A stretch of 64,000 nucleotides of DNA. Source: Auanema rhodensis (Eukaryota; Animalia; Nematoda). The notes under the pieces were generated by a model. The model did not search any database and was not told the origin of the DNA. It saw nothing but the letters and a program-made list of their open reading frames with translations. Positions 12,101-24,217 of this stretch are shown in pieces. The number at the start of each line of letters is the position of its first letter. Position 1 is the first letter of the stretch. Made by a program: the position numbers and the translations under genes. The stretch covers positions 2,852,001 to 2,916,000 of the forward strand of contig OZ059894.1 of NCBI GenBank assembly GCA_964057225.1. The letters run 5' to 3'.

Positions 12101-14389
12101 GTCAAAATGTTTTTGGAAGCAATGTTGAGTGTACATGGAAACTCAACATACACTAATGCATCATTTTCCAAACGATCATAACTAATTTTTGTATTAAGCG
12201 TTTTTCAATGTAGTATAGTGCATTCGATGCGGATTTTCAAGTTGCGTCGATCTGTGTTATCAGATTTGCGCTAGCTTAAAAATGCACCGAGATATCAACT
12301 GATATAAGTTCACACTTATATCCTCGATTTTCACCCTGAAGAATTAATTTTTTCGTTGAATAACATTGTCCATCGTCTTTGCCTTGAAAAAAGGAATCTA
12401 AAAACATCTACTTTTCGCTAAATTATTTTGAAATTTTTCGAAAAAATTTTTGTCAAAATGTTTTTGGAAGCAATGTTGAGTGTACATGGAAACTCAACAT
12501 ACACTAATGCATCATTTTTCAAACGATCATAACTAATTTTTGTATTAAGCGTTTTTCAATGTAGTATAGTGCATTCGATGCGGATTTTTAAGCTGCGTCG
12601 ATCTGTGTTATCAGATTTGCGCTAGCTTAAAAATGCACCGATATATCAACTGATATAAGTTCACACTTATATCCTCGATTTTCACCCTGAAGAATTAATT
12701 TTTTCGTTGAATAACATTGTCCATCGTCTTTGCCTTGAAAAAAGGAATCTAAAAACATCTACTTTTTGCTAAATTATTTTGAAATTTTTCGAAAAAATTT
12801 TTGTCAAAATGTTTTTGAAAGCAATGTTGAGTGTACATGGAAACTCAACATACACTAATGCATCATTTTTCAAACGATCATAACTAATTTTTGTATTAAG
12901 CGTTTTTCAATGTAGTATAGTGCATTCGATGCGGATTTTTAAGCTGCGTCGAGCTGTGTTATCAGATTTGCGCTAGCTTAAAAATGCACCGAGATATCAA
13001 CTGATATAAGTTCACACTTATATCCTCGATTTTCACCCTGAAGAATTAATTTTTTCGTTGAATAACATTGTCCATCGTCTTTGCCTTGAAAGAAGGAATC
13101 TAAAAACATCTACTTTTTGCTAAATTATTTTGAAATTTTTCGAAAAAATTTTTGTCAAAATGTTTTTGAAAGCAATGTTGAGTGTACATGGAAACTCAAC
13201 ATACACTAATGCATCATTTTTCAAACGATCATAACTAATTTTTGTATTAAGCGTTTTTCAATGTAGTATAGTGCATTCGATGCGGATTTTTAAGCTGCGT
13301 CGAGCTGTGTTATCAGATTTGCGCTAGCTTAAAAATGCACCGAGATATCAACTGATATAAGTTCACACTTATATCCTCGATTTTCACCCTGAAGAATTAA
13401 TTTTTTCGTTGAATAACATTGTCCATCGTCTTTGCCTTGAAAAAAGGAATCTAAAAACATCTACTTTTTGCTAAATTATTTTGAAATTTTTCGAAAAAAT
13501 TTTTGTCAAAATGTTTTTGGAAGCAATGTTGAGTGTACATGGAAACTCAACATACACTAATGCATCATTTTTCAAACGATCATAATTAATTTTTGTATTA
13601 AACGTTTCTCAATGTAGTATAGTGCATTCGATGCGGATTTTCAAGCTGCGTCGATCTGTGTTATCAGATTTGCGCTAGCTTAAAAATGCACCGAGATATC
13701 AACTGATATAAGTTCACACTTATATCCTCGATTTTCACCCCGAAGAATTAATTTTTTCGTTGAAAAACATTGTCCATCGTCTTTGCCTTGAAGAAAGGAA
13801 TCTAAAAACATCTACTTTTTGCTAAATTATTTCGAAATTTTTCGAAAAAATTTTTGTCAAAATGTTTTTGGAAGCAATGTTGAGTGTACATGGAAACTCA
13901 ACATACACTAATGCATCATTTTTCAAACGATCATAACTAATTTTTGTATTGAGCGTTTTTCAATGTAGTAAAGTGCATTCGATGCGGATTTTCAACCTGC
14001 GTCGATCTGTGTTATCAGATTTGCGCTAGCTTAAAAATGCACCGAGATATCAACTGATATAAGTTCACACTTATATCCTCGATTTTCACCCTGAAGAATT
14101 AATTTTTTTGTTGAATAACATTGTCCATCGTCTTTGCCTTGAAAAAAGGAATCTAAAAACATCTACTTTTTGCTAAATTATCTTGAAATTTTTCGAAAAA
14201 ATTTTTGTCAAAATGTTTTTGGAAGCAATGTTGAGTGTACATGGAAACTCAACATACACTAATGCATTATTTTTCAAACGATCATAACTAATTTTTGTAT
14301 TAAGCGTTTTTCAATGTAGTATAGTGCATTCGATGCGGATTTTCAAGCTGCGTCGATCTGTGTTATCAGAATTGCGCTAGCTTAAAAAT
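3160..14389. repeat. 16-monomer tandem duplication (units 10-25 ~ units 26-41; about 5.6-kb period) with a nested 5-monomer sub-repeat
   Basis: The GATGTT+TTAGTT+CCTTAAAA unit lies at 3511 and 9125. The AATGATTT+ATAATT+TAAACG unit lies at 4213, 5968, 9827 and 11582. The TTTTCC+CAAGTT unit lies at 4564, 6319, 10178 and 11933. The CCGATATAT unit lies at 5266, 7019, 10880 and 12635. Confidence 0.9.
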
Positions 14390-15793
14390 GCACCGAGATA
14401 TCAACTGATATAAGTTCACACTTATATCCTCGATTTTCACCCTGAAGAATTAATTTTTTCGTTGAATAACATTGTCCATCGTCTTTGCCTTGAAAGAAGG
14501 AATCTAAAAACATCTACTTTTTGCTAAATTATTTTGAAATTTTTCGAAAAAATTTTTGTCAAAATGTTTTTGGAAGCAATGTTGAGTGTACATGGAAACT
14601 CAACATACACTAATGCATCATTTTTCAAACGATCATAATTAATTTTTGTATTAAGCGTTTTTCAATGTAGTATAGTGCTTTCGATGCGGATTTTTAAGCT
14701 GCGTCGATCTGTGTTATCAGATTTGCGCTAGCTTAAAAATGCACCGAGATATCAACTGATATAAGTTCACACTTATATCCTCGATTTTCACCCTGAAGAA
14801 TTAATTTTTTCGTTGAATAACATTGTCCATCGTCTTTGCCTTGAAAAAAGGAATCTAAAAACATCTACTTTTTGCTAAATTATTCCGAAATTTTTCGAAA
14901 AAATTTTTGTCAAAATGTTTTTGGAAGCAATGTTGAGTGTACATGGAAACTCAACATACACTAATGCATCATTTTTCAAACGATCATAATTAATTTTTGT
15001 ATTAAACGTTTCTCAATGTAGTATAGTGCATTCGATGCGGATTTTCAAGCTGCGTCGATCTGTGTTATCAGATTTGCGCTAGCTTAAAAATGCACCGAGA
15101 TATCAACTGATATAAGTTCACACTTATATCCTCGATTTTCACCCCGAAGAATTAATTTTTTCGTTGAAAAACATTGTCCATCGTCTTTGCCTTGAAGAAA
15201 GGAATCTAAAAACATCTACTTTTTGCTAAATTATTTCGAAATTTTTCGAAAAAATTTTTGTCAAAATGTTTTTGGAAGCAATGTTGAGTGTACATGGAAA
15301 CTCAACATACACTAATGCATCATTTTTCAAACGATCATAACTAATTTTTGTATTGAGCGTTTTTCAATGTAGTAAAGTGCATTCGATGCGGATTTTCAAC
15401 CTGCGTCGATCTGTGTTATCAGATTTGCGCTAGCTTAAAAATGCACCGAGATATCAACTGATATAAGTTCACACATATATCCTCGATTTTCACCCTGAAG
15501 AATTAATTTTTTCGTTGAATAACATTGTCCATCGTCTTTGCCTTGAAAAAAGGAATCTAAAAACATCTACTTTTCGCTAAATTATTTTGAAATTTTTCGA
15601 AAAAATTTTTGTCAAAATGTTTTTGGAAGCAATGTTGAGTGTACATGGAAACTCAACATACACTAATGCATCATTTTTCAAACGATCATAACTAATTTTT
15701 GTATTAAGCGTTTTTCAATGTAGTATAGTGCATTCGATGCGGACTTTCAAGCTGCGTCGATCTGTGTTATCAGATTTGCGCTAGCTTAAAAAT

Positions 15794-18700
15794 GCACCGA
15801 GATATCAACTGATATAAGTTCACACTTATATCCTCGATTTTCACCCTGAAGAATTAATTTTTTCGATGAATAACATTGTCCATCGTCTTTGCCTTGAAAA
15901 AAGGAATCTAAAAACATCTACTTTTCGCTAAATTATTTTGAAATTTTTCGAAAAAATTTTTGTCAAAATGTTTTTGGAAGCAATGTTGAGTGTACATGGA
16001 AACTCAACATACACTAATGCATCATTTTTCAAACGATCATAACTAATTTTTGTATTAAGCGTTTTTCAATGTAGTATAGTGCATTCGATGCGGACTTTCA
16101 AGCTGCGTCGATCTGTGTTATCAGATTTGCGCTAGCTTAAAAATGCACCGAGATATCAACTGATATAAGTTCACACTTATATCCTCGATTTTCACCCTGA
16201 AGAATTAATTTTTTCGTTGAATTACATTGTCCATCGTCTTTGCCTTGAAAAAAGGAATCTAAAAACATCTACTTTTCGCTAAATTATTTTGAAATTTTTC
16301 GAAAAAATTTTTGTCAAAATGTTTTTGGAAGCAATGTTGAGTGTACATGGAAATTCAACATACACTAATGCATCATTTTTCAAACGATCATAACTAATTT
16401 TTGTATTAAGCGTTTTTCAATGTAGTATAGTGCATTCGATGCGGATTTTTAAGCTGCGTCGATCTGTGTTATCAGATTTGCGCTAGCTTAAAAATGCACC
16501 GAGATATCAACTGATATAAGTTCACACTTATATCCTCGATTTTCACCCTGAAGAATTAATTTTTTCGTTGAATAACATTGTCCATCGTCTTTGCCTTGAA
16601 AAAAGGAATCTAAAAACATCTACTTTCTGCTAAATTATTTTGAAATTTTTCGAAAAAATTTTTGTCAAAATGTTTTTGAAAGCAATGTTGAGTGTACATG
16701 GAAACTCAACATACACTAATGCATCATTTTTCAAACGATCATAACTAATTTTTGTATTAAGCGTTTTTCAATGTAGTATAGTGCATTCGATGCGGATTTT
16801 TAAGCTGCGTCGAGCTGTGTTATCAGATTTGCGCTAGCTTAAAAATGCACCGAGATATCAACTGATATAAGTTCACACTTATATCCTCGATGTTCACCCT
16901 GAAGAATTAGTTTTTTCGTTGAATAACATTGTCCATCGTCTTTGCCTTGAAAAAAGGAATCTAAAAACATCTACTTTTCGCTAAATTATTTTGAAATTTT
17001 TCGAAAAAATTTTTGTCAAAATGTTTTTGGAAGCAATGTTGAGTGTACATGGAAACTCAACATACACTAATGCATCATTTTTCAAACGATCATAACTAAT
17101 TTTTGTATTAAGCGTTTTTCAATGTAGTATAGTGCATTCGATGCGGACTTTCAAGCTGCGTCGATCTGTGTTATCAGATTTGCGCTAGCTTAAAAATGCA
17201 CCGAGATATCAACTGATATAAGTTCACACTTATATCCTCGATTTTCACCCTGAAGAATTAATTTTTTCGATGAATAACATTGTCCATCGTCTTTGCCTTG
17301 AAAAAAGGAATCTAAAAACATCTACTTTTCGCTAAATTATTTTGAAATTTTTCGAAAAAATTTTTGTCAAAATGTTTTTGGAAGCAATGTTGAGTGTACA
17401 TGGAAACTCAACATACACTAATGCATCATTTTTCAAACGATCATAACTAATTTTTGTATTAAGCGTTTTTCAATGTAGTATAGTGCATTCGATGCGGACT
17501 TTCAAGCTGCGTCGATCTGTGTTATCAGATTTGCGCTAGCTTAAAAATGCACCGAGATATCAACTGATATAAGTTCACACTTATATCCTCGATTTTCACC
17601 CTGAAGAATTAATTTTTTCGTTGAATTACATTGTCCATCGTCTTTGCCTTGAAAAAAGGAATCTAAAAACATCTACTTTTCGCTAAATTATTTTGAAATT
17701 TTTCGAAAAAATTTTTGTCAAAATGTTTTTGGAAGCAATGTTGAGTGTACATGGAAATTCAACATACACTAATGCATCATTTTTCAAACGATCATAACTA
17801 ATTTTTGTATTAAGCGTTTTTCAATGTAGTATAGTGCATTCGATGCGGATTTTTAAGCTGCGTCGATCTGTGTTATCAGATTTGCGCTAGCTTAAAAATG
17901 CACCGAGATATCAACTGATATAAGTTCACACTTATATCCTCGATTTTCACCCTGAAGAATTAATTTTTTCGTTGAATAACATTGTCCATCGTCTTTGCCT
18001 TGAAAAAAGGAATCTAAAAACATCTACTTTCTGCTAAATTATTTTGAAATTTTTCGAAAAAATTTTTGTCAAAATGTTTTTGAAAGCAATGTTGAGTGTA
18101 CATGGAAATTCAACATACACTAATGCATCATTTTTCAAACGATCATAACTAATTTTTGTATTAAGCGTTTTTCAATGTAGTATAGTGCATTCGATGCGGA
18201 TTTTTAAGCTGCGTCGATCTGTGTTATCAGATTTGCGCTAGCTTAAAAATGCACCGAGATATCAACTGATATAAGTTCACACTTATATCCTCGATTTTCA
18301 CCCTGAAGAATTAATTTTTTCGTTGAATAACATTGTCCATCGTCTTTGCCTTGAAAAAAGGAATCTAAAAACATTTACTTTCTGCTAAATTATTTTGAAA
18401 TTTTTCGAAAAAATTTTTGTCAAAATGTTTTTGAAAGCAATGTTGAGTGTACATGGAAACTCAACATACACTAATGCATCATTTTTCAAACGATCATAAC
18501 TAATTTTTGTATTAAGCGTTTTTCAATGTAGTATAGTGCATTCGATGCGGATTTTTAAGCTGCGTCGAGCTGTGTTATCAGATTTGCGCTAGCTTAAAAA
18601 TGCACCGAGATATCAACTGATATAAGTTCACACTTATATCCTCGATGTTCACCCTGAAGAATTAGTTTTTTCGTTGAATAACATTGTCCATCGTCTTTGC

Positions 18701-20356
18701 CTTGAAAAAAGGAATCTAAAAACATCTACTTTTCGCTAAATTATTTTGAAATTTTTCGAAAAAATTTTTGTCAAAATGTTTTTGGAAGCAATGTTGAGTG
18801 TACATGGAAACTCAACATACACTAATGCATCATTTTTCAAACGATCATAACTAATTTTTGTATTAAGCGTTTTTCAATGTAGTATAGTGCATTCGATGCG
18901 GACTTTCAAGCTGCGTCGATCTGTGTTATCAGATTTGCGCTAGCTTAAAAATGCACCGAGATATCAACTGATATAAGTTCACACTTATATCCTCGATTTT
19001 CACCCTGAAGAATTAATTTTTTCGATGAATAACATTGTCCATCGTCTTTGCCTTGAAAAAAGGAATCTAAAAACATCTACTTTTCGCTAAATTATTTTGA
19101 AATTTTTCGAAAAAATTTTTGTCAAAATGTTTTTGGAAGCAATGTTGAGTGTACATGGAAACTCAACATACACTAATGCATCATTTTTCAAACGATCATA
19201 ACTAATTTTTGTATTAAGCGTTTTTCAATGTAGTATAGTGCATTCGATGCGGACTTTCAAGCTGCGTCGATCTGTGTTATCAGATTTGCGCTAGCTTAAA
19301 AATGCACCGAGATATCAACTGATATAAGTTCACACTTATATCCTCGATTTTCACCCTGAAGAATTAATTTTTTCGTTGAATTACATTGTCCATCGTCTTT
19401 GCCTTGAAAAAAGGAATCTAAAAACATCTACTTTTCGCTAAATTATTTTGAAATTTTTCGAAAAAATTTTTGTCAAAATGTTTTTGGAAGCAATGTTGAG
19501 TGTACATGGAAATTCAACATACACTAATGCATCATTTTTCAAACGATCATAACTAATTTTTGTATTAAGCGTTTTTCAATGTAGTATAGTGCATTCGATG
19601 CGGATTTTTAAGCTGCGTCGATCTGTGTTATCAGATTTGCGCTAGCTTAAAAATGCACCGAGATATCAACTGATATAAGTTCACACTTATATCCTCGATT
19701 TTCACCCTGAAGAATTAATTTTTTCGTTGAATAACATTGTCCATCGTCTTTGCCTTGAAAAAAGGAATCTAAAAACATCTACTTTTTGCTAAATTATTTT
19801 GAAATTTTTCGAAAAAATTTTTGTCAAAATGTTTTTGAAAGCAATGTTGAGTGTACATGGAAACTCAACATACACTAATGCATCATTTTTCAAACGATCA
19901 TAACTAATTTTTGTATTAAGCGTTTTTCAATGTAGTATAGTGCATTCGATGCGGATTTTTAAGCTGCGTCGAGCTGTGTTATCAGATTTGCGCTAGCTTA
20001 AAAATGCACCGAGATATCAACTGATATAAGTTCACACTTATATCCTCGATGTTCACCCTGAAGAATTAGTTTTTTCGTTGAATAACATTGTCCTTCGTCT
20101 TTGCCTTGAAAAAAGGAATCTAAAAACATCTACTTTTCGCTAAATTATTTTGAAATTTTTCGAAAAAATTTTTGTCAAAATGTTTTTGGAAGCAATGTTG
20201 AGTGTACATGGAAACTCAACATACACTAATGCATCATTTTTCAAACGATCATAACTAATTTTTGTATTAAGCGTTTTCCAATGTAGTATAGTGCATTCGA
20301 TGCGGATTTTTAAGCTGCGTCGATCTGTGTTTTCAGATTTGCGCTAGCTTAAAAAA
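15794..20356. repeat. 4-monomer higher-order repeat, about 3 copies, one carrying an extra chimeric monomer
   Basis: The order [CGATGA+GGACTT][GAATTAC+AAATTC][TTTGAAAGC+GAGCT][GATGTT+TTAGTT] begins at 15794, 17198 and 18953. An extra unit sits at 17900. Confidence 0.85.
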
Positions 20357-23300
20357 GCACCGAGATATCAACTGATATAAGTTCACACTTATATCCTCGA
20401 TTTTCACCCTGAAGAATTAATTTTTTCGTTGAATAACATTGTCCATCGTCTTTGCCTTGAAAAAAGGAATCTAAAAACATCTACTTTTTGCTAAATTATT
20501 TTGAAATTTTTCGAAAAAATTTTTGTCAAAATGTTTTTGGAAGCAATGTTGAGTGTACATGGAAACTCAACATACACTAATGCATCATTTTTCAAACGAT
20601 CATAATTAATTTTTATATTAAGCGTTTTCCAATGTAGTATAGTGCATTCGATGCGGATTTTTAAGCTGCGTCGATCTGTGTTTTCAGATTTGCGCTAGCT
20701 TAAAAAAGCACCGAGATATCAACTGATATAAGTTCACACTTATATCCTCGATTTTCACCCTGAAGAATTAATTTTTTCGTTGAATAACATTGTCCATCGT
20801 CTTTGCCTTGAAAAAAGGAATCTAAAAACATCTACTTTTTGCTAAATTATTTTGAAATTTTTCGAAAAAATTTTTGTCAAAATGTTTTTGGAAGCAATGT
20901 TGAGTGTACATGGAAACTCAACATACACTAATGCATCATTTTTCAAACGATCATAATTAATTTTTATATTAAACGTTTTTCAATGTAGTATAGTGCATTC
21001 GATGCGGATTTTCAAGCTGCGTCGATCTGTGTTATCAGATTTGCGCTAGCTTAAAAATGCACCGAGATATCAACTGATATAAGTTCACACTTATATCCTC
21101 GATTTTCACCCTGAAGAATTAATTTTTTCGTTGAATAACATTGTCCATCGTCTTTGCCTTGAAAAAAGGAATCTAAAAACATCTACTTTTTGCTAAATTA
21201 TCTTGATATTTTTCGAAAAAATTTTTGTCAAAATGTTTTTGGAAGCAATGTTGAGTGTACATGGAAACTCAACATACACTAATGCATCATTTTTCAAACG
21301 ATCATAACTAATTTTTGTATTAAACGTTTCTCAATGTAGTATAGTGCATTCGATGCGGATTTTCAAGCTGCGTCGATCTGTGTTATCAGATTTGCGCTAG
21401 CTTAAAAATGCACCGAGATATCAACTGATATAAGTTCACACTTATATCCTCGATTTTCACCCTGAAGAATTAATTTTTTCGTTGAATAACATTGTCCATC
21501 GTCTTTGCCTTGAAAAAAGGAATCTAAAAACATCTACTTTTTGCTAAATTATCTTGAAATTTTTCGAAAAAATTTTTGTCAAAATGTTTTTGGAAGCAAT
21601 GTTGAGTGTACATGGAAACTCAACATACACTAATGCATCATTTTTCAAACGATCATAACTAATTTTTGTATTGAGCGTTTTTCAATGTAGTATAGTGCAT
21701 TCGATGCGGATTTTTAAGCTGCGTCGATCTGTGTTATCAGATTTGCGCTAGCTTAAAAATGCACCGAGATATCAACTGATATAAGTTCACACTTATATCC
21801 TCGATTTTCACCCTGAAGAATTAATTTTTTCGTTGAATTACATTGTCCATCGTCTTTGCCTTGAAAAAAGGAATCTAAAAACATCTACTTTTCGCTAAAT
21901 TATTTTGAAATTTTTCGAAAAAATTTTTGTCAAAATGTTTTTGGAAGCAATGTTGAGTGTACATGGAAATTCAACATACACTAATGCATCATTTTTCAAA
22001 CGATCATAACTAATTTTTGTATTAAGCGTTTTTCAATGTAGTATAGTGCATTCGATGCGGATTTTTAAGCTGCGTCGATCTGTGTTATCAGATTTGCGCT
22101 AGCTTAAAAATGCACCGAGATATCAACTGATATAAGTTCACACTTATATCCTCGATTTTCACCCTGAAGAATTAATTTTTTCGTTGAATAACATTGTCCA
22201 CCGTCTTTGCCTTGAAAAAAGGAATCTAAAAACATCTACTTTTTGCTAAATTATTTTGAAATTTTTCGAAAAAATTTTTGTCAAAATGTTTTTGAAAGCA
22301 ATGTTGAGTGTACATGGAAACTCAACATACACTAATGCATCATTTTTCAAACGATCATAACTAATTTTTGTATAAAGCGTTTTTCAATGTAGTATAGTGC
22401 ATTCGATGCGGATTTTTAAGCTGCGTCGAGCTGTGTTATCAGATTTGCGCTAGCTTAAAAATGCACCGAGATATCAACTGATATAAGTTCACACTTATAT
22501 CCTCGATGTTCACCCTGAAGAATTAGTTTTTTCGTTGAATAACATTGTCCATCGTCTTTGCCTTGAAAAAAGGAATCTAAAAACATCTACTTTTCGCTAA
22601 ATTATTTTGAAATTTTTCGAAAAAATTTTTGTCAAAATGTTTTTGGAAGCAATGTTGAGTGTACATGGAAACTCAACATACACTAATGCATCATTTTTCA
22701 AACGATCATAACTAATTTTTGTATTAAGCGTTTTCCAATGTAGTATAGTGCATTCGATGCGGATTTTTAAGCTGCGTCGATCTGTGTTATCAGATTTGCG
22801 CTAGCTTAAAAAAGCACCGAGATATCAACTGATATAAGTTCACACTTATATCCTCGATTTTCACCCTGAAGAATTAATTTTTTCGTTGAATAACATTGTC
22901 CATCGTCTTTGCCTTGAAAAAAGGAATCTAAAAACATCTACTTTTTGCTAAATTATTTTGAAATTTTTCGAAAAAATTTTTGTCAAAATGTTTTTGGAAG
23001 CAATGTTGAGTGTACATGGAAACTCAACATACACTAATGCATCATTTTTCAAACAATCATAACTAATTTTTGTATTAAGCGTTTTTCAATGTAGTATAGT
23101 GCATTCGATGCGGATTTTCAAGCTGCGTCGAGCTGTGTTATCAGATTTGCGCTAGCTTAAAAATGCACCGAGATATCAACTGATATAATTTCACACATAT
23201 ATCCTCGATTTTCACCCTGAAGAATTAATTTTTTCGTTGAATAACATTGTCCATCGTCTTTGCCTTGAAAAAAGGAATCTAAAAACATCTACTTTTCGCT

Positions 23301-24217
23301 AAATTATCTTGATATTTTTCGAAAAAATTTTTGTCAAAATGTTTTTGGAAGCAATGTTGAGTGTACATGGAAACTCAACATACACTAATGCATCATTTTT
23401 CAAACGATCATAACTAATTTTTGTATTAAGCGTTTTTCAATGTAGTATAGTGCATTCGATGCGGATTTTTAAGCTGCGTCGATCTGTGTTATCAGATTTG
23501 CGCTAGCTTAAAAATGCACCGAGATATCAACTGATATAAGTTCACACTTATATCCTCGATTTTCACCCTGAAGAATTAATTTTTTCGTTGAATAACATTG
23601 TCCATCGTCTTTGCCTTGAAAAAAGGAATCTAAAAACATCTACTTTCTGCTAAATTATTTTGAAATTTTTCGAAAAAATTTTTGTCAAAATGTTTTTGGA
23701 AGCAATGTTGAGTGTACATGGAAACTCAACATACACTAATGCATCATTTTTCAAACGATCATAACTAATTTTTGTATTAAGCGTTTTTCAATGTAGTATA
23801 GTGCATTCGATGCGGATTTTTAAGCTGCGTCGATCTGTGTTATCAGATTTGCGCTAGCTTAAAAATGCACCGAGATATCAACTGATATAAGTTCACACTT
23901 ATATCCTCGATTTTCACCCTGAAGAATTAATTTTTTCGTTGAATAACATTGTCCATCGTCTTTGCCTTGAAAAAAGGAATCTAAAAACATCTACTTTTCG
24001 CTAAATTATTTTGAAATTTTTTGAAAAAATTTTTGTCAAAATGTTTTTGGAAGCAATGTTGAGTGTACATGGAAACTCAACATACACTAATGCATCATTT
24101 TTCAAACGATCATAACTAATTTTTGTATTAAGCGTTTTTCAATGTAGTATAGTGCATTCGATGCGGATTTTTAAGCTGCGTCGATCTGTGTTATCAGATT
24201 TGCGCTAGCTTAAAAAT

